A DNA stretch of 64,000 bases, from NCBI GenBank assembly GCA_001662655.1, contig KV460272.1. One strand, written 5' to 3'. Of this stretch, positions 52,304 through 64,000 are shown piece by piece. The notes under the pieces are model-generated. The model was not told the DNA's origin, made no database searches, and saw only the letters and a list, made by a program, of their open reading frames with translations. This DNA is from Pseudogymnoascus verrucosus. Lineage: Eukaryota. The position numbers and the translations under genes were made by a program. The first letter of the stretch is position 1. Every line of letters starts with the position of its first letter.

Positions 52304-54183
52304 TTAAGCAGACACCGGCCCTCCCTCATTCTTCACCCACGGCGTGCTCAGCTTCAAGAGCTTTCCAAAATCCGGTGTTCCAACACCAGTAGCCGGATCC
52401 CAACCCTTTGTAGCATTCCAGCTTGCGCCCGGGATGACTGGGCTACCGTTTGGCGCGGAGTTAAATCTGGAGTATCCATTACATCCCGTCGCTGCACCGT
52501 GCACAATATCGTTAAATCCAATATGTCCAATGGCGTAGATCCACGGGTTCAAAAATCCAAGGGGAGGAAGCTTGGAGGACAAGCGCGCAGAGTTGAGGAG
52601 CGAGATAATACCAGCTGCTGCGGGAGACGCGCATGATGTACCCTGGTATTGAACGTCTTTCCCGCTGTCATAAACGTGGTAGCGGTATGACTGCGCCGCG
52701 ATATCAGGGAAGCCACGGCCTTTCTTGTTGTAATAACCAGCATTCTTGTCACCAATTTGAGCAAGGTAGCCGCGGACTGCGGCTTCTTGGTAGAGCGGGC
52801 GAGGCCAGAGGTTAGAAAATCCTCCCGACGAGAAGTAGGTGGCCTGCTCGGGTTCGATATTGCGCGTACCACCGACGGATGTGACCCACGGGCAGGAGGC
52901 TGGAAACTGAGGTTGGAACTTGGTGGTGTTCTTGCCGTCGTTAGAGAGGCAAAAGTCTCCTGTGCCAGAGTCACCAGAAGAAAATAGGACTGAGGTTCCA
53001 CGAGCACCGAGTTGAGCGAACAGTTGGCAGACTTGCTGGGCGTAAGGGACGGGAATTTCCTAGGTTTGTTAGCTGACAAATAGAAGATTACTGGGTGTTA
53101 TCTGCCTACCTGCTCGTTCTCTCCGTATGAGATAGAGATGACTTGAGGAATCTTGCTGTTTGGTAACTTCAACAAAGCGAGCAAGAAATCGAGGTACGGC
53201 TCATTGGTGTTGTCGCTCGGGGTTGGGGAGTCTCCATCTGGAATGAGAAGCCCACGCCCGCCAACACTGAATTCAGTGACGGGGTTGGGGAATCCAAGAC
53301 TAAGTGCGTACTGGTTGTCGAGGTTGGCCTCTCCGCTGTCATCGGTACTGTTTTGATCATCGAGGCCACCATTAAACTTAATGACGGTGAAGTTCTGTCC
53401 AGCAGCATACGGGGCATATGCATCTTCGAACTTCTCTAGGTCAGAGTATCTGGCGTATTCTTCCAGGAAAGAAGCGTAACCAACTCTGCTGCCACTCTTT
53501 GGGTCGCCCTTGTAGTGAACATTGTAAAGCTGGAGAAGGCATGTTGGTGTAATTGAAACATTGCAAGCAGGATCAACCTTGGAAGAAACAGAAGGAGTCC
53601 ACTTCAGGGAAGACACAGCTTGTCCCTCTTCAACAATTTGAACCGTCGACTTCAACTTTTGAATGCCTCCAAATCGAGTTGTCGGCTGGACAAAGTTGAT
53701 ATGAGAAGCGATTTCATCCGGAACCGAGTATTGGAGGGTTCGAAGGACAGGGGTCTTCTCCTCAGCATTGCTGAACCACTGGAACTCGGTGTTCAGCAAC
53801 TTGTTCGCGGCTCCAACATTTGTCTGGAGCACGATCCAATCGCCGTCATCAGCAATAGAGGTAATGTTATTATCCAATAGCCAACTGATAACAGTATTGG
53901 ATGTCTCATCCGTAGGAGCTAACAAGCTTCTTAGCTCGAGACCCTCGTAATGCTTGCCATACTTGGCATTGTCTGGCGTCGAGACAGCAAGCATCTCCTC
54001 GTAGAACTTGTCAACATTCTGCTGTTTTAATGACAATCGGAGTTTTATGGCCGTCGCATCCTTTGCGGCACCAACTAGCGACCATCCTCTCGGGACCTCA
54101 CTCAATTGCTCGAATGGCTGAATAGCTACTACGGCCGAAGCCGAGAGCAGGAGAGCCTGAACGGCATAACGAAGGGAGAACAT
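52304..54183 (-). CDS. Secreted tripeptidyl-peptidase (sedolisin, peptidase S53; 1 intron)
   Basis: Signal peptide and pro-domain ([12 protein letters not shown]), [38 protein letters not shown], catalytic [18 protein letters not shown]. Confidence 0.93.
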
Positions 54184-54956
54184 GATTGGCAATTGCAACA
54201 GAAGCAAGCTGTGGAACTGGGTACAGAAAAAGAGAGCTATGAGAGCAGTACTTATAGTATCACACCTACCTACCTACCTACTTTGTCGATCCAATCTAGA
54301 TTCCGTCATTATCAAGGATTTTGCGCCGTCCAGGCATGGTCATGCATCACAAAGCAGCATGACAGGCAGGTACTGGACCCTGATCTCTACAAACATGTAG
54401 AAACCTTCTTAATTGAGCCTGGCACGGTCGTTCCGCATACATTATATCCCAGCTCCCCCCTGGCGACAATGCTGTTGCTTATCCGGCTGCGGCTTGTGGT
54501 TGGTACGGATGGTGATGGCTTCGGGCAGACGACCTAATTAAGTATGATTGAACGGTCACGGCGAGTCCAGTAGGCTAGCCTAAACGGGGAGGTAGATGGC
54601 TTTCTTAATACGCTAGCGTTATCTTGGCCTCGTGCCGACAAACAACATCGCTATTATTTGGTGGAGAGAGCAACAACTCCGAGGATGCCAACAGGCGACA
54701 AGAAATGCTTGTGGTGGTCCTAAACATTGAGCTTGGTTAGGCACGGGCACAGCCAAGTATAGCTAACAGGCAATAAGCATTCTCCAAGAAGCTTCTGCCA
54801 TAAGAGGGCGTGATTAACGTAGAAGGATGGCTTGGTACAAAATATGGTCGCGTATCAGACGCCAAGGCATCACATGGCTTCGCCTCCATCGCGACTTCGT
54901 TCCTGATCGCTCAGCTTTACCATGCGCTTGAACTCCCATTTCGCGATTCTTCAGAC

Positions 54957-55744
54957 ATGATGGGCACGAGTACCCGACCTAACAATTTAGATGGCGCCTA
55001 TGCGCCCGTGGACATCCCAGGAGACCAGGGGCCGTCCGGAGGCCATGTGGTAGCCACCAATCGGGCGCGCCCGCATCCAGCCTTTGTCACTGATGAGGGA
55101 CCTACCCTTTTAGTAGACACCCTAGGAAGCATTCTAACACGACGGGCGCCGGCCGTGAGAATGATATGTTACATCAGCGCTATCCTACTCACCACTGATT
55201 TCCTCACTGTCGGACTCTCTGCGAACGCGTCGTCTAATGTCGGCTCGACGGAAACAGGGTCTGCTGTCGATCCCGCAGGCATATTAATAACCACTGTTGC
55301 TGGCTTCGGAGAGATGACTTTATTTGCCATCTTGTCGTTTTGCTTCCTCTTCTGGAACTGGCATCTCGCCTACTTCCTTAGCATCGCTCTCATCGGGGTC
55401 TCGGCCCTGGGCACTGGTGCATATGGGTTGGCTATCATGGCTATTAGTATGAGTAATTCAGTATGCGCCGATAAAGGAAGCTGCAACGAAGCGCTGAAAA
55501 AGGGGTTGGCTGCTTCGTGCATTAGGGTCTTGTTAACGTGCGATAGACCCTACTCCATTTCCCCGCAAACCTGGTTGCTAACGTCAACAGTGGTCCATTT
55601 TGCTTAGTGCTTGCGTTTTGGTACTTTTTGAAGGTCCGGCCGGAAGTTCTGAAAGCCAAAGCAGAGTTTCGGAGACCGATCCAGACGCCGCTACGACGAC
55701 TCGATGGTGGGCATGATTTGGAACCCTTGTTCGTACCAAGGTAG
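54957..55744 (+). CDS. Hypothetical membrane protein (~4 TM segments)
   Basis: Hydrophobic stretches in ORF 54810-55607. A probable intron (~55538-55590, CTAAC branch) leads to a last exon ending in TAG at 55744. Confidence 0.5.
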
Positions 55745-56021
55745 GAAGGAAAACTGTCGAGAGGAGTGGAATTTTCATTGTGTTGGATACTGAGAGATGA
55801 ATGAATCAGTAGTGAGGTGGATGACTATGAGCGGATACCCAATATTATATTTTTGTGTTCATTTTTACTATATATTGTCTTGTTTATGGAAAATATCCTA
55901 CTCGAGGTATCCTACGGCTATATCTGCCGCAAACGACGAGACCCAAGGGAATTGCAAAATCGGATGATTTAGTAATATAGGTATATTATTATATGCTCAT
56001 TTGATATCTACGAGGACAACC

Positions 56022-59000
56022 CTAAGACTTCCCTTTACTAGGGCCGGGTAGCAGGCTTAATATCCCTAAGAGGATCTCAATGGGGCTTTTGCCGGACCAT
56101 TTATCTTGTGAGTTTCCGTGGTTGATGCACTCGCCGCCGATCTGCGGGTTGGTCGAGTCCCAGACAGCCTTCTGAACCTGGCCCTTGCCACAGAAGATGG
56201 AGGTATCGAAGTGGAGAAGGACGCCCCTACCATAAGCGTCACATCCCCACGACGTTGGCGTCTCGCACCCCCCTTGTTTCTTAAGGACCTTAAGGAAGTG
56301 GTTCCCGCATTCCTGGACCTCGTATGCCGGAGTCAACCCGATGGGCTCGGGGATGTACACGGCCCAACCAAAAGAGTCGCCGGCAGGATGATATGGGTTG
56401 TTCGCAACCCCACCCTCACAGGATACCGGGCCACGGGGCGAGTCACCCTTGTCGTCGCATCCGTTTAGCCACGCCGCCGGCGCGCCAGTGGCGGGATCGA
56501 GAACGACGTAGCTTGCGCGGCCCGACTTGTCCATGATCGCATACCGCACGTTGTCGCCGTTGGCTCCGACCCCACTAGCAAACACGCCGCCCTCTCGCCA
56601 GCCATATCTGGACTTGTCTTCATCTCCTTCTTCTTTGAATTCGTAGTTGTTATACCATACCTTGGCGACGCCATCGATTTTTCGCGTCCAGACGTAGTCA
56701 GCCTTTTCGTCCCTGCACCAAAAATTAGGATCGAATCGCGAACATTATAGACGCCCAAGGATTCCGGGATATCAAGCGCCAACTTACCCGTTAATATCGA
56801 CGAATTGAATCTCGTCAGGATTCTCATTGATTCCGGATGCATCCATCTTGGGGAACGGGACAAAGTAGTTTCCTGGACCACCCTCGCTCCAATTGTTGCG
56901 GTAAATCGTAGTGCCACCGTTGGGCTTCAGGAAGATGTAGTCGGCATACTAGAGCGCACCATGTCAGCACCGACTCCGTGCCTACCAGGATAGGCTCTAC
57001 GCACCCCATCACCGTCAATATCCGCCATGCGCACTCTAGCGCCAGGCCCGAGACCGCTCGCGATTTGACCCATCTCCTTGAATTGCCACCCAGTCGCGCT
57101 CCCGCTATCTCTGCCTTCGTTGAGCCAGACCCTAAGGGCACCGGTTACAGGGTCGAGAACCAAGTAGTCATCGAGATCGTCCCTGCAAATGTCAGTTAGC
57201 AAATCTATGTAGGCAACTTTCCGGGCTTCTAGGGAGCTTTAAGTGGCACCTACCTGTTGATGTCGGCAAATATAATCTGGCTCGCTGGGGCGCGACCAGA
57301 GGCGATGGGTTCACCTCCATTCAGGGCTTCAAACTTCCAACCCATGCCCTCATCCGGGCCTTTGTTTAGACTGGTACGAGAGTCAGCGTGCACCGGGCTT
57401 TATTGTGCTCTCTAAACACTTACTAAACGGAGATAGATCCACTGTCGTGGCCGAGAATCACATAGTCGTCAATCTACATGCATCATGTTCAGCAAGGCGG
57501 TATCAGAATGAGAGGGCAAATAAGGTCCACCTACAGTATCCCCATCAATATCAGCAAACACCACGCTGTCCGAAGCCCGACTCGTGTCGGCTGATCCGCG
57601 GTTCAGCCACAGATGAACGGATCCATCACTTGCGATGTACGAGTAATCTGCTTTTCCGTCTCTGCAGGAGCAGTCGTACATTAGCAAAGTTGATGTATTG
57701 AAGGAAGGCAATGAAAAATGAAAATTATACGAACCCGTCAACATCGGCAATTCTAATATCCCGCCAGTTCTTCGTGTTTTTAATTCCGGCGGCTATGGGT
57801 TGATTCCCTTCCTGTTTGGCGAAAAGGGGCAACCCGCTCTTCTGGGTCATGATGTTCAGATAACCAGAAATCCCGGCCTCATCGTCAAAAATAAGGTAGT
57901 CTACAAGGGAATTAGTGTTCTTGTTCTTCGCCAATGGAGAAAACGCCGAAAGATGGCGTGGAAAGCTCACCATCCCGTCCGTCTCCATCGATCTATCTTC
58001 TTGTTAGCACTTGTAGAACCGAGGACGGAAGCTCATAAACTTACATCTGCAAAGAAGATCGTATCGAGATCAGTAACACCACTACCCGCCGTAATGCCCC
58101 CTTGTCCGAGCCACTTAACATCTGTCCCCAGAGAACCCTGGTTCAGCCACAGCGCAGCGGATCCCCTAACGCCGATAGTGAGATAGTCAGCCCGCCCATC
58201 ACCATTCATGTCAGCCAGGCGGAGCGTCTTCCAATTGGCATGTGGCACGCCGGAAGCGATCTGGCCGCCTTCCACGAACTTCCAGCCGTGCGCCCACCCG
58301 GCGTCGGGGCCGTGGTTCCAGTAGATGTCGGCAGATCCGTCGTCGGGGTTGACGACGAGGTAGTCATCCAGTCCGTCGCCATTCATGTCCTGTACCATTG
58401 TTAGCTTGTAGTCGCACGAGAACTTCGCCCAATATATAGACAACATACAGCCAGAAAGATGGAATCGGACGGGCCCCGGCCATCCGCGAGCAAGCCATCG
58501 TTCCCAGCCTTTACCCACGCATTGGGGTACTTGTTCAGCCAGCAGCGAATAGCACCGGTATCTGGGTCGATCCAGACGTAGTCTACGCCTCACAGTCAGC
58601 GCCATTGATCTAGAATTACCTGCTTCGAATGGGCTATTTCCTTACCTGCTTTGCCATCTCCGTCCATGTCGTGAAGCCTATACACATTCAACACATTAGT
58701 GATTACTTCCATCATCAACTTAGTCATTGCGTTCATACCGGGCAAATTTGGGATCCAAACCAGTCGCTGGCATAACCTGACCCACCGATTCCCATTTACT
58801 GCGAAACTTGAAATCTCCATTCACGCCCCTCCCCGACGCCAGCTTGCCGGTCGAGTACCAATGAGGGTTCACCTTACATATTTTCCGAGACTCCAACGAG
58901 GCGGTCTTACCAGCCTCAAAGATCTCAGATGGCGTCTTCACCGTGATAGGGCTGGTTCCCCAGTCGAGCGGCGGGATGTTTTCGTCAGGCCCGCCATTGC

Positions 59001-59895
59001 TGCTGATATCTCGCACCGGGTCCGGTCCCTCTGGCACCGAGATCCAGCTAGGTGGAATCTGCGTCATAAAGTCGTACCACCAGTCGCCCATGGTGCGGTA
59101 GCCACCGTCCGTGGGATGGATTCCATCGCGCAACAGGGCCGTTGGGAACCTAGTGAAGTCAACGGCGATGACATGTTTTCCGGCTGCCGAACGGGTTTGC
59201 ACAACACCAGGGACGAGAGCTTGGAATTGGGCGGTTTGTGGTGCCTGTGCTGGCCGAGTAGTGCTAATGATCATGGCAACCAGGATGGTGGCGTCGGGAC
59301 ATTTTTGAATCATCTTGTCGATCAGAGCCCCGAGTCTCTCGGCGGCCGCGGCAGGATCCGTCGGGGCTCATGTCATTGGTGCCAGCATGGAGGAGAATGA
59401 CATTAGGTTTCTGGGCGAGAGAGGCGTCGATGTGGTCATGCATATACTTGATCGTTTTGCCTGACCATGCTGCCTGAAATATCGCCACATTAGCTTCTAG
59501 AGTCGGATGCCAGGAGTCTTATTTCAGCACTTACAAAGTATGGATCATCCATAGATCCGTACCGCTCGGTGCCGGCAAATACGACTTTATCGGCTGTGGC
59601 ACACAAACGAAGTCAGTAAGCAGTTTGTAGTAAGTTATAACAGAGCCAGCTTACCCGACAGATCGCTCCGCAGCTGCTTTCTGTAGCCATTATGGTCATC
59701 GCCCAGCCAGCCCACGGTGATAGAGTCGCCGACGGGTAGAATGCGTAGCTTCGTGCCGTTGGTCACGGCGACTCCTGGCGCTGTACTGGCATATTGGAGG
59801 GGAAGCCCAGGCGGCAACTCTTGGGTCACACCTTGAGTGCAATATAAGGACAAGCTAACAAGGCTGGCCAAACTGGTCAGGCCGTGAGGACGCAT
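56022..59895 (-). CDS. Secreted SGNH/GDSL esterase (CE3-like) + FG-GAP/VCBS repeats + Cys-rich C-terminal domain; many introns; frameshift near 59360
   Basis: ILPVGDSIT, LHAGTND and DGIHP blocks; many D(M/I)(N/D)GDG..DY repeats. GTNDMSP and DPAAAAERLGALID are in different frames with no intron between them. Confidence 0.85.
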
Positions 59896-60609
59896 CTTGG
59901 GGTTTGGGCAACTGGTTGTTGCGCCTGCTCAAACTGCGTTGGAGAGGAGCCATATTGAGAGGCCAATCTCGGGTTCTTATATATCTTGCTTTGCAATAAT
60001 TGGGATTCATAATGGCGTAATAGTCAAATCCTACCAATCTCTTTAGTACAAGGTATTATTTCTAAGAAAGCTTAACCACATTTCCGCCATACCATAGGAC
60101 TGTATAGTTCAGTCTACCTGAGTGCTCTAGTTCACTGTGAAGTTGTATCATTGAGGATCATAATCCTCGCCAAGATGCACCATGGATGAAAGCCAAGTCT
60201 CTAAATATAGCAACGACAAAACAGAACCCACATCGACATCGGGGGCCACAAAGTGAGCTTGAAAACTTGAATTGATATCTCCGAAAGGATGACCGAGCAT
60301 CGCTTTCTTGATCACCCTATTCGCCCTCTAACTTTTCTCTCTTTACTAAATTATACCTATCTAGCTAATGTCGCCGTGCAACGCGCTCAAAGTTAAAACC
60401 CTTATGACCGAGGTCCTCCCATCACGTACCTGAGAGGGTCCATCGTGGGGGCGGGAGGCGCCACCCAGCCGCTAGGCTCCACACCGATTTAGGTATAGCA
60501 TAATCCAAGTCCAACACTTGATATCGCGGCTCGATATTTAGCTAGCTGAGTAGGCACCAGCGAAATTCCCACTATCATATATCCCCGCCGACATTTATAG
60601 CCCCTCAGC

Positions 60610-61919
60610 ATGTCCATAAATCCCCAAACCCAATCCCCCTTCCTCACCCGTCTCCTCACCCTCCCCCCCGAACTCCGCGACGCCATCTACCTCTCCCTCT
60701 GGCGCTCCCACGGCCTCCGCCAACACATCATATGGCACGGGAACGACTCCTCCGGCCGACATTTCTGCAGCTGGCCATGCACGACCGACTTCTCCGCCGC
60801 CGACAATCTCCAGCGCGACGTCGACGAGCTGAGAATCCGTCTCGGCGTCCGTCTCGGCGATAATATGGGGGGTTTTGGGCCGGGAAAGGATCCAGAGGTG
60901 TCGGTGCTAACTCGCCATCTACAATCGCCGTGGATGAACCACTGGGCTTGTGGGGAGCGGGCGGCGGAGGTGCATGGGATTGATGCGAATTGGGGCTTTC
61001 AAACCGCGGGGGTGAAGTGCTGGAAGACGCACTCTACGGGCGGGAGGAAGGAACTTGTGCCCTCTTGGAGTCCTTACCTCCCCATGTTGTTGTCGTGCAA
61101 GCTCCTGTACGTCTCCTACTCCGCTTCTCCCTCATTCCCAGCCCCAACATTGTTATACTCGATTTACTCACCCCACCTGCCTGGCATCAGATCAGAAGAA
61201 TGCCTAAAATCCATCTACGAATCCACAACCTTCATCCTCACCGACCTCACAACCATCCAAACCTTCCTAGGCTACTGCGCCCTCCACCCCGCCATCAAGA
61301 AGCGGTCCAAGCAAGGCATAACCCCTCCCGCCTTCTTCAAGCACGCCCGCTCCCTCGAGCTAGCCCTCATGCCCGACTTCCCCTCCGCCCTCCTCTGCGC
61401 CGCCTACGACCTCCCTGACCTCCCCCATCGGCACTCCGTCTACGATTTCCACTGGCTCCATCTTCCCAGGTTCCAGAACCTGCAGAATCTCAATATCTGG
61501 GTATCTGCAAGGTCGTTGACTATGGCCGACCCTAAGTCAGATCAATCCTACGGCTTCACCGGCATCACCGAGCACGACGCCGCTGCGCTGGAGGGGATCC
61601 TAACCCATCTCAGCCCAGTAGCGAAAGTCACACTCAGCACGCCTCTAGCTCCTAGCGTGGGACCGCCAGAGGAGGAGGAGGGCTATCTAGATGGCGTCAA
61701 GGCGCGCGTCTATAAGCGCGGCTCAGGCGATCGTTTCCACCCGCCGCTGTATCCGATCGAACCCGGCGGCAGGTTTGACGGCGTCATCTATACGAGTCCC
61801 ACGAGGTACCTCATCCCTATTCCGTAGAACCCGCCTCCTCTCCTAACTCGTTATTGTGCTGTAGGGAGGTACGATTATCGATCAATGGCGGGATGCCTCT
61901 TCTCATGAAAAAGGCGTGA
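60610..61919 (+). CDS. Fungal hypothetical protein with F-box-like N-terminus (introns ~61107-61190, 61806-61864)
   Basis: QSPFLTRLLTLPPELRDAIY...LPMLLSCK..SEECLKSIY pattern. GT..AG introns. Confidence 0.7.
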
Positions 61920-63211
61920 GGATGGGGACTGGACTCTAGCTTAATGGCGGGAGCTATCTTCTCATGAAGAAAGCGTGGGGAAGGATTAATGTTGTTGCAC
62001 GGAGGTAACGTGTATGTTATTGCTTCGAAGTATAACCTGTGATAAGTCTGCCTGTTGCTGCCGTGGAAGAAACGAGAAATACCCAGGAAGAATCGAAGTC
62101 CCCTCCCCCCCCTTCAACTCAACAAAATGTTGGATAATCCGGTCTCTACATGCTTAACGATACCAAACCACCTTATGAATCTTCGCTCCCTTCCTTTCCA
62201 AGAAGCCCTTGAGCAAAACATGCTAACTCAACTCACCAGCAATAGCACTTTAGAGCCTTTCCCATATTTCCCCCTACTATCCCCATCACCTACCCAATCA
62301 ACATAGCCTTCCCATATGTAAATCTCTATTCAAATCAGATTAGGTTGTATAACCAGTATAGTATTCTCATACTCATGTAGCACCACCCCAACCCACCTCA
62401 ACCCACATAAAAACATTTCTCACTTCAGAACCCTACGCACAACACCCCCACTCGATCAGGGCAATTGACATTCCCCTACACCCACAGCCTCACTGCCCCA
62501 TCGTCCTCCAAACCCCTTTCCGCAGCTCTTCCCACCCCACAAGTCTCTCCCCTCATCTATCCGAGGCGAGACACATCCATACATATCACCACATACCAAA
62601 ACTTCACACTACACATTCCACACCCCCAACACTCCCAAACCAACACATCCTCAACCCCCAAAAGTTTACACAAAAAAGAGAATATATCTTTCATTTCACA
62701 TCATAATAGTCCCCTCATAATCTGCAATCTCTCATACAGAAACTATCAACATGGACTCAAATAATCCATTCTCCTCTCATCCCTCTCACTTCCTCACAAC
62801 CCCGCTACTCTAGCGGAAGCCGTCCACCGTCTATTATTATCGCGCCCATCTATAAGTTGCATCGCTCATGTATATCCACCACCACCATGCGATTTCCCCA
62901 TCCATCCTCCATCGTATGAGCAAATCTCAAGAAAAGAAAAGGGAGAGAGGAGGGCCTTCAAAAAACCGCCTACCCTCCCTTCGCCACGAGCTCGAGGACT
63001 CAGCCCCCATCCGCTCGGCCAATAAAAAAATGCAGTGTTATGGATCCGAAATATGACAAAAATGAAAAATATGTATGCGCCCAACCAGATGGTACTGTAG
63101 TTTCTTCATCATCCAAAAAAAAAATCCAAGCAAGTAGTCAAAACAATAAAAAAAACACGCTAAAGGAGACAAATTCGTAACAGAGCAGTCAGATCGATGC
63201 GTCGACCGGCT

Positions 63212-63956
63212 TTAGATGCTCATATCCCCCGTCTCAGCATTATGCTTCTGGCACGCGACCATAATCTCAACCTGCTTGGCAATATCGCCCAGCCTGCTGA
63301 GGACGACCTTATTCCCATCCACGAACCCGAAGATGGTATACTCAATCCCGACATCCTTGCAGAACTCGCGAACCAGCGCCTGCACCCTGCGCAGGTTGTG
63401 GCGGGGCACGCGCGGGAACAGGTGGTGCACGGCCTGGAACTGGAGGCCACCGTGGATGAAGTCCAACCACGCGGGGCAGTCGACATCCATGGTGGTGCGC
63501 AGCTGCTTCTGGGCGAAGGACTCGGTGGCGCCGAGGTCGGCGGTCGACATGCCCCAGTGGGAGAGCGTGATCTGCACGTGAAGAGGCATGGTGATAATGT
63601 GCGACACGAGGACGAAGGCGACGCGGATGGTCCAGGTGGGGAGCGTGAGCCAGAGCAGGCGGTAGCCGAAGAGGTACCAGTAGCAGGCCATGAAGAGCAT
63701 CTCGGTGGGGCGGGTCCAGGCTGCCGTGCCCTTGTTGGAGGAGCGCGGGGAGATCAGGTGCAGCCAGGAGAGGAGGTAGAGGTTGAAGCGCGCGATGCCC
63801 ATGACGGGGTAGTAGGTGTACTTCTGGAACTTGATGGCGATCTCGCACGCGCGGTCCCAGGCGAAGTCGAAGTTGTAGTAGGTGGAGCGGAGGGACTGGA
63901 AGAACATGGGGGAGTTGGCGAAGAGGGGGACGTTCTGAATATCAGGGTCGTGGGCC
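63212..63956 (-). CDS. sld1: Front-end fatty-acid desaturase, probably sphingolipid delta-8 desaturase (3' exon only)
   Basis: HDPDIQ..P, HVQITLSH, QLRTTMDVDCPAWLDFIHGGLQFQAVHHLFPRVPRHNLR (QxxHH box). Intron acceptor ctaac..cag at ~63957. Confidence 0.85.
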
Positions 63957-64000
63957 TGAGACATGTGGTTAGCGGGGGTCTTATCTATGGTTCAATAAAT

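Noticed and set aside
61884..61984. ~40-bp imperfect duplication of the last exon end
   Set aside because: Local duplication in the 3' UTR with no sign of function.

Overview
Eukaryotic DNA from a filamentous ascomycete: GT..AG introns with CTAAC/CTGAC-type branch points, Zn2Cys6 regulators and secreted CAZymes. The species cannot be determined from this window. About 28 protein-coding loci are visible, mostly accessory or nutritional genes around two core genes (rad17 and a sphingolipid delta-8-type desaturase at the right edge). I saw no rRNA, tRNA, CRISPR array or recognisable transposase. Highlights: (1) A glycoside-utilisation cluster at 38.9-51.5 kb (Zn2Cys6 TF, decayed CBM1-GH5, secreted GH3, intronless cytosolic GH78 rhamnosidase, MFS sugar porter). 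Its two divergent promoters share an almost identical 25-bp palindrome, TCGTACCGG-N7-CCGG(T/A)ACGA, a candidate undescribed operator. (2) A 'lac'-like cluster at 16-25.5 kb (lactose-type permease, Zn2Cys6 TF, GH2 beta-galactosidase) with palindromic CGG-N11-CCG sites upstream of both structural genes. (3) A DUF3990/ADP-ribosyltransferase-like ORF beside an Aurora-kinase pseudogene with RIP-type mutations. (4) A fungal MHYT membrane sensor with an unknown output domain. (5) Many broken genes (stops or frameshifts in 6-7 loci). All family calls come from reading motifs by eye; no database searches were run.
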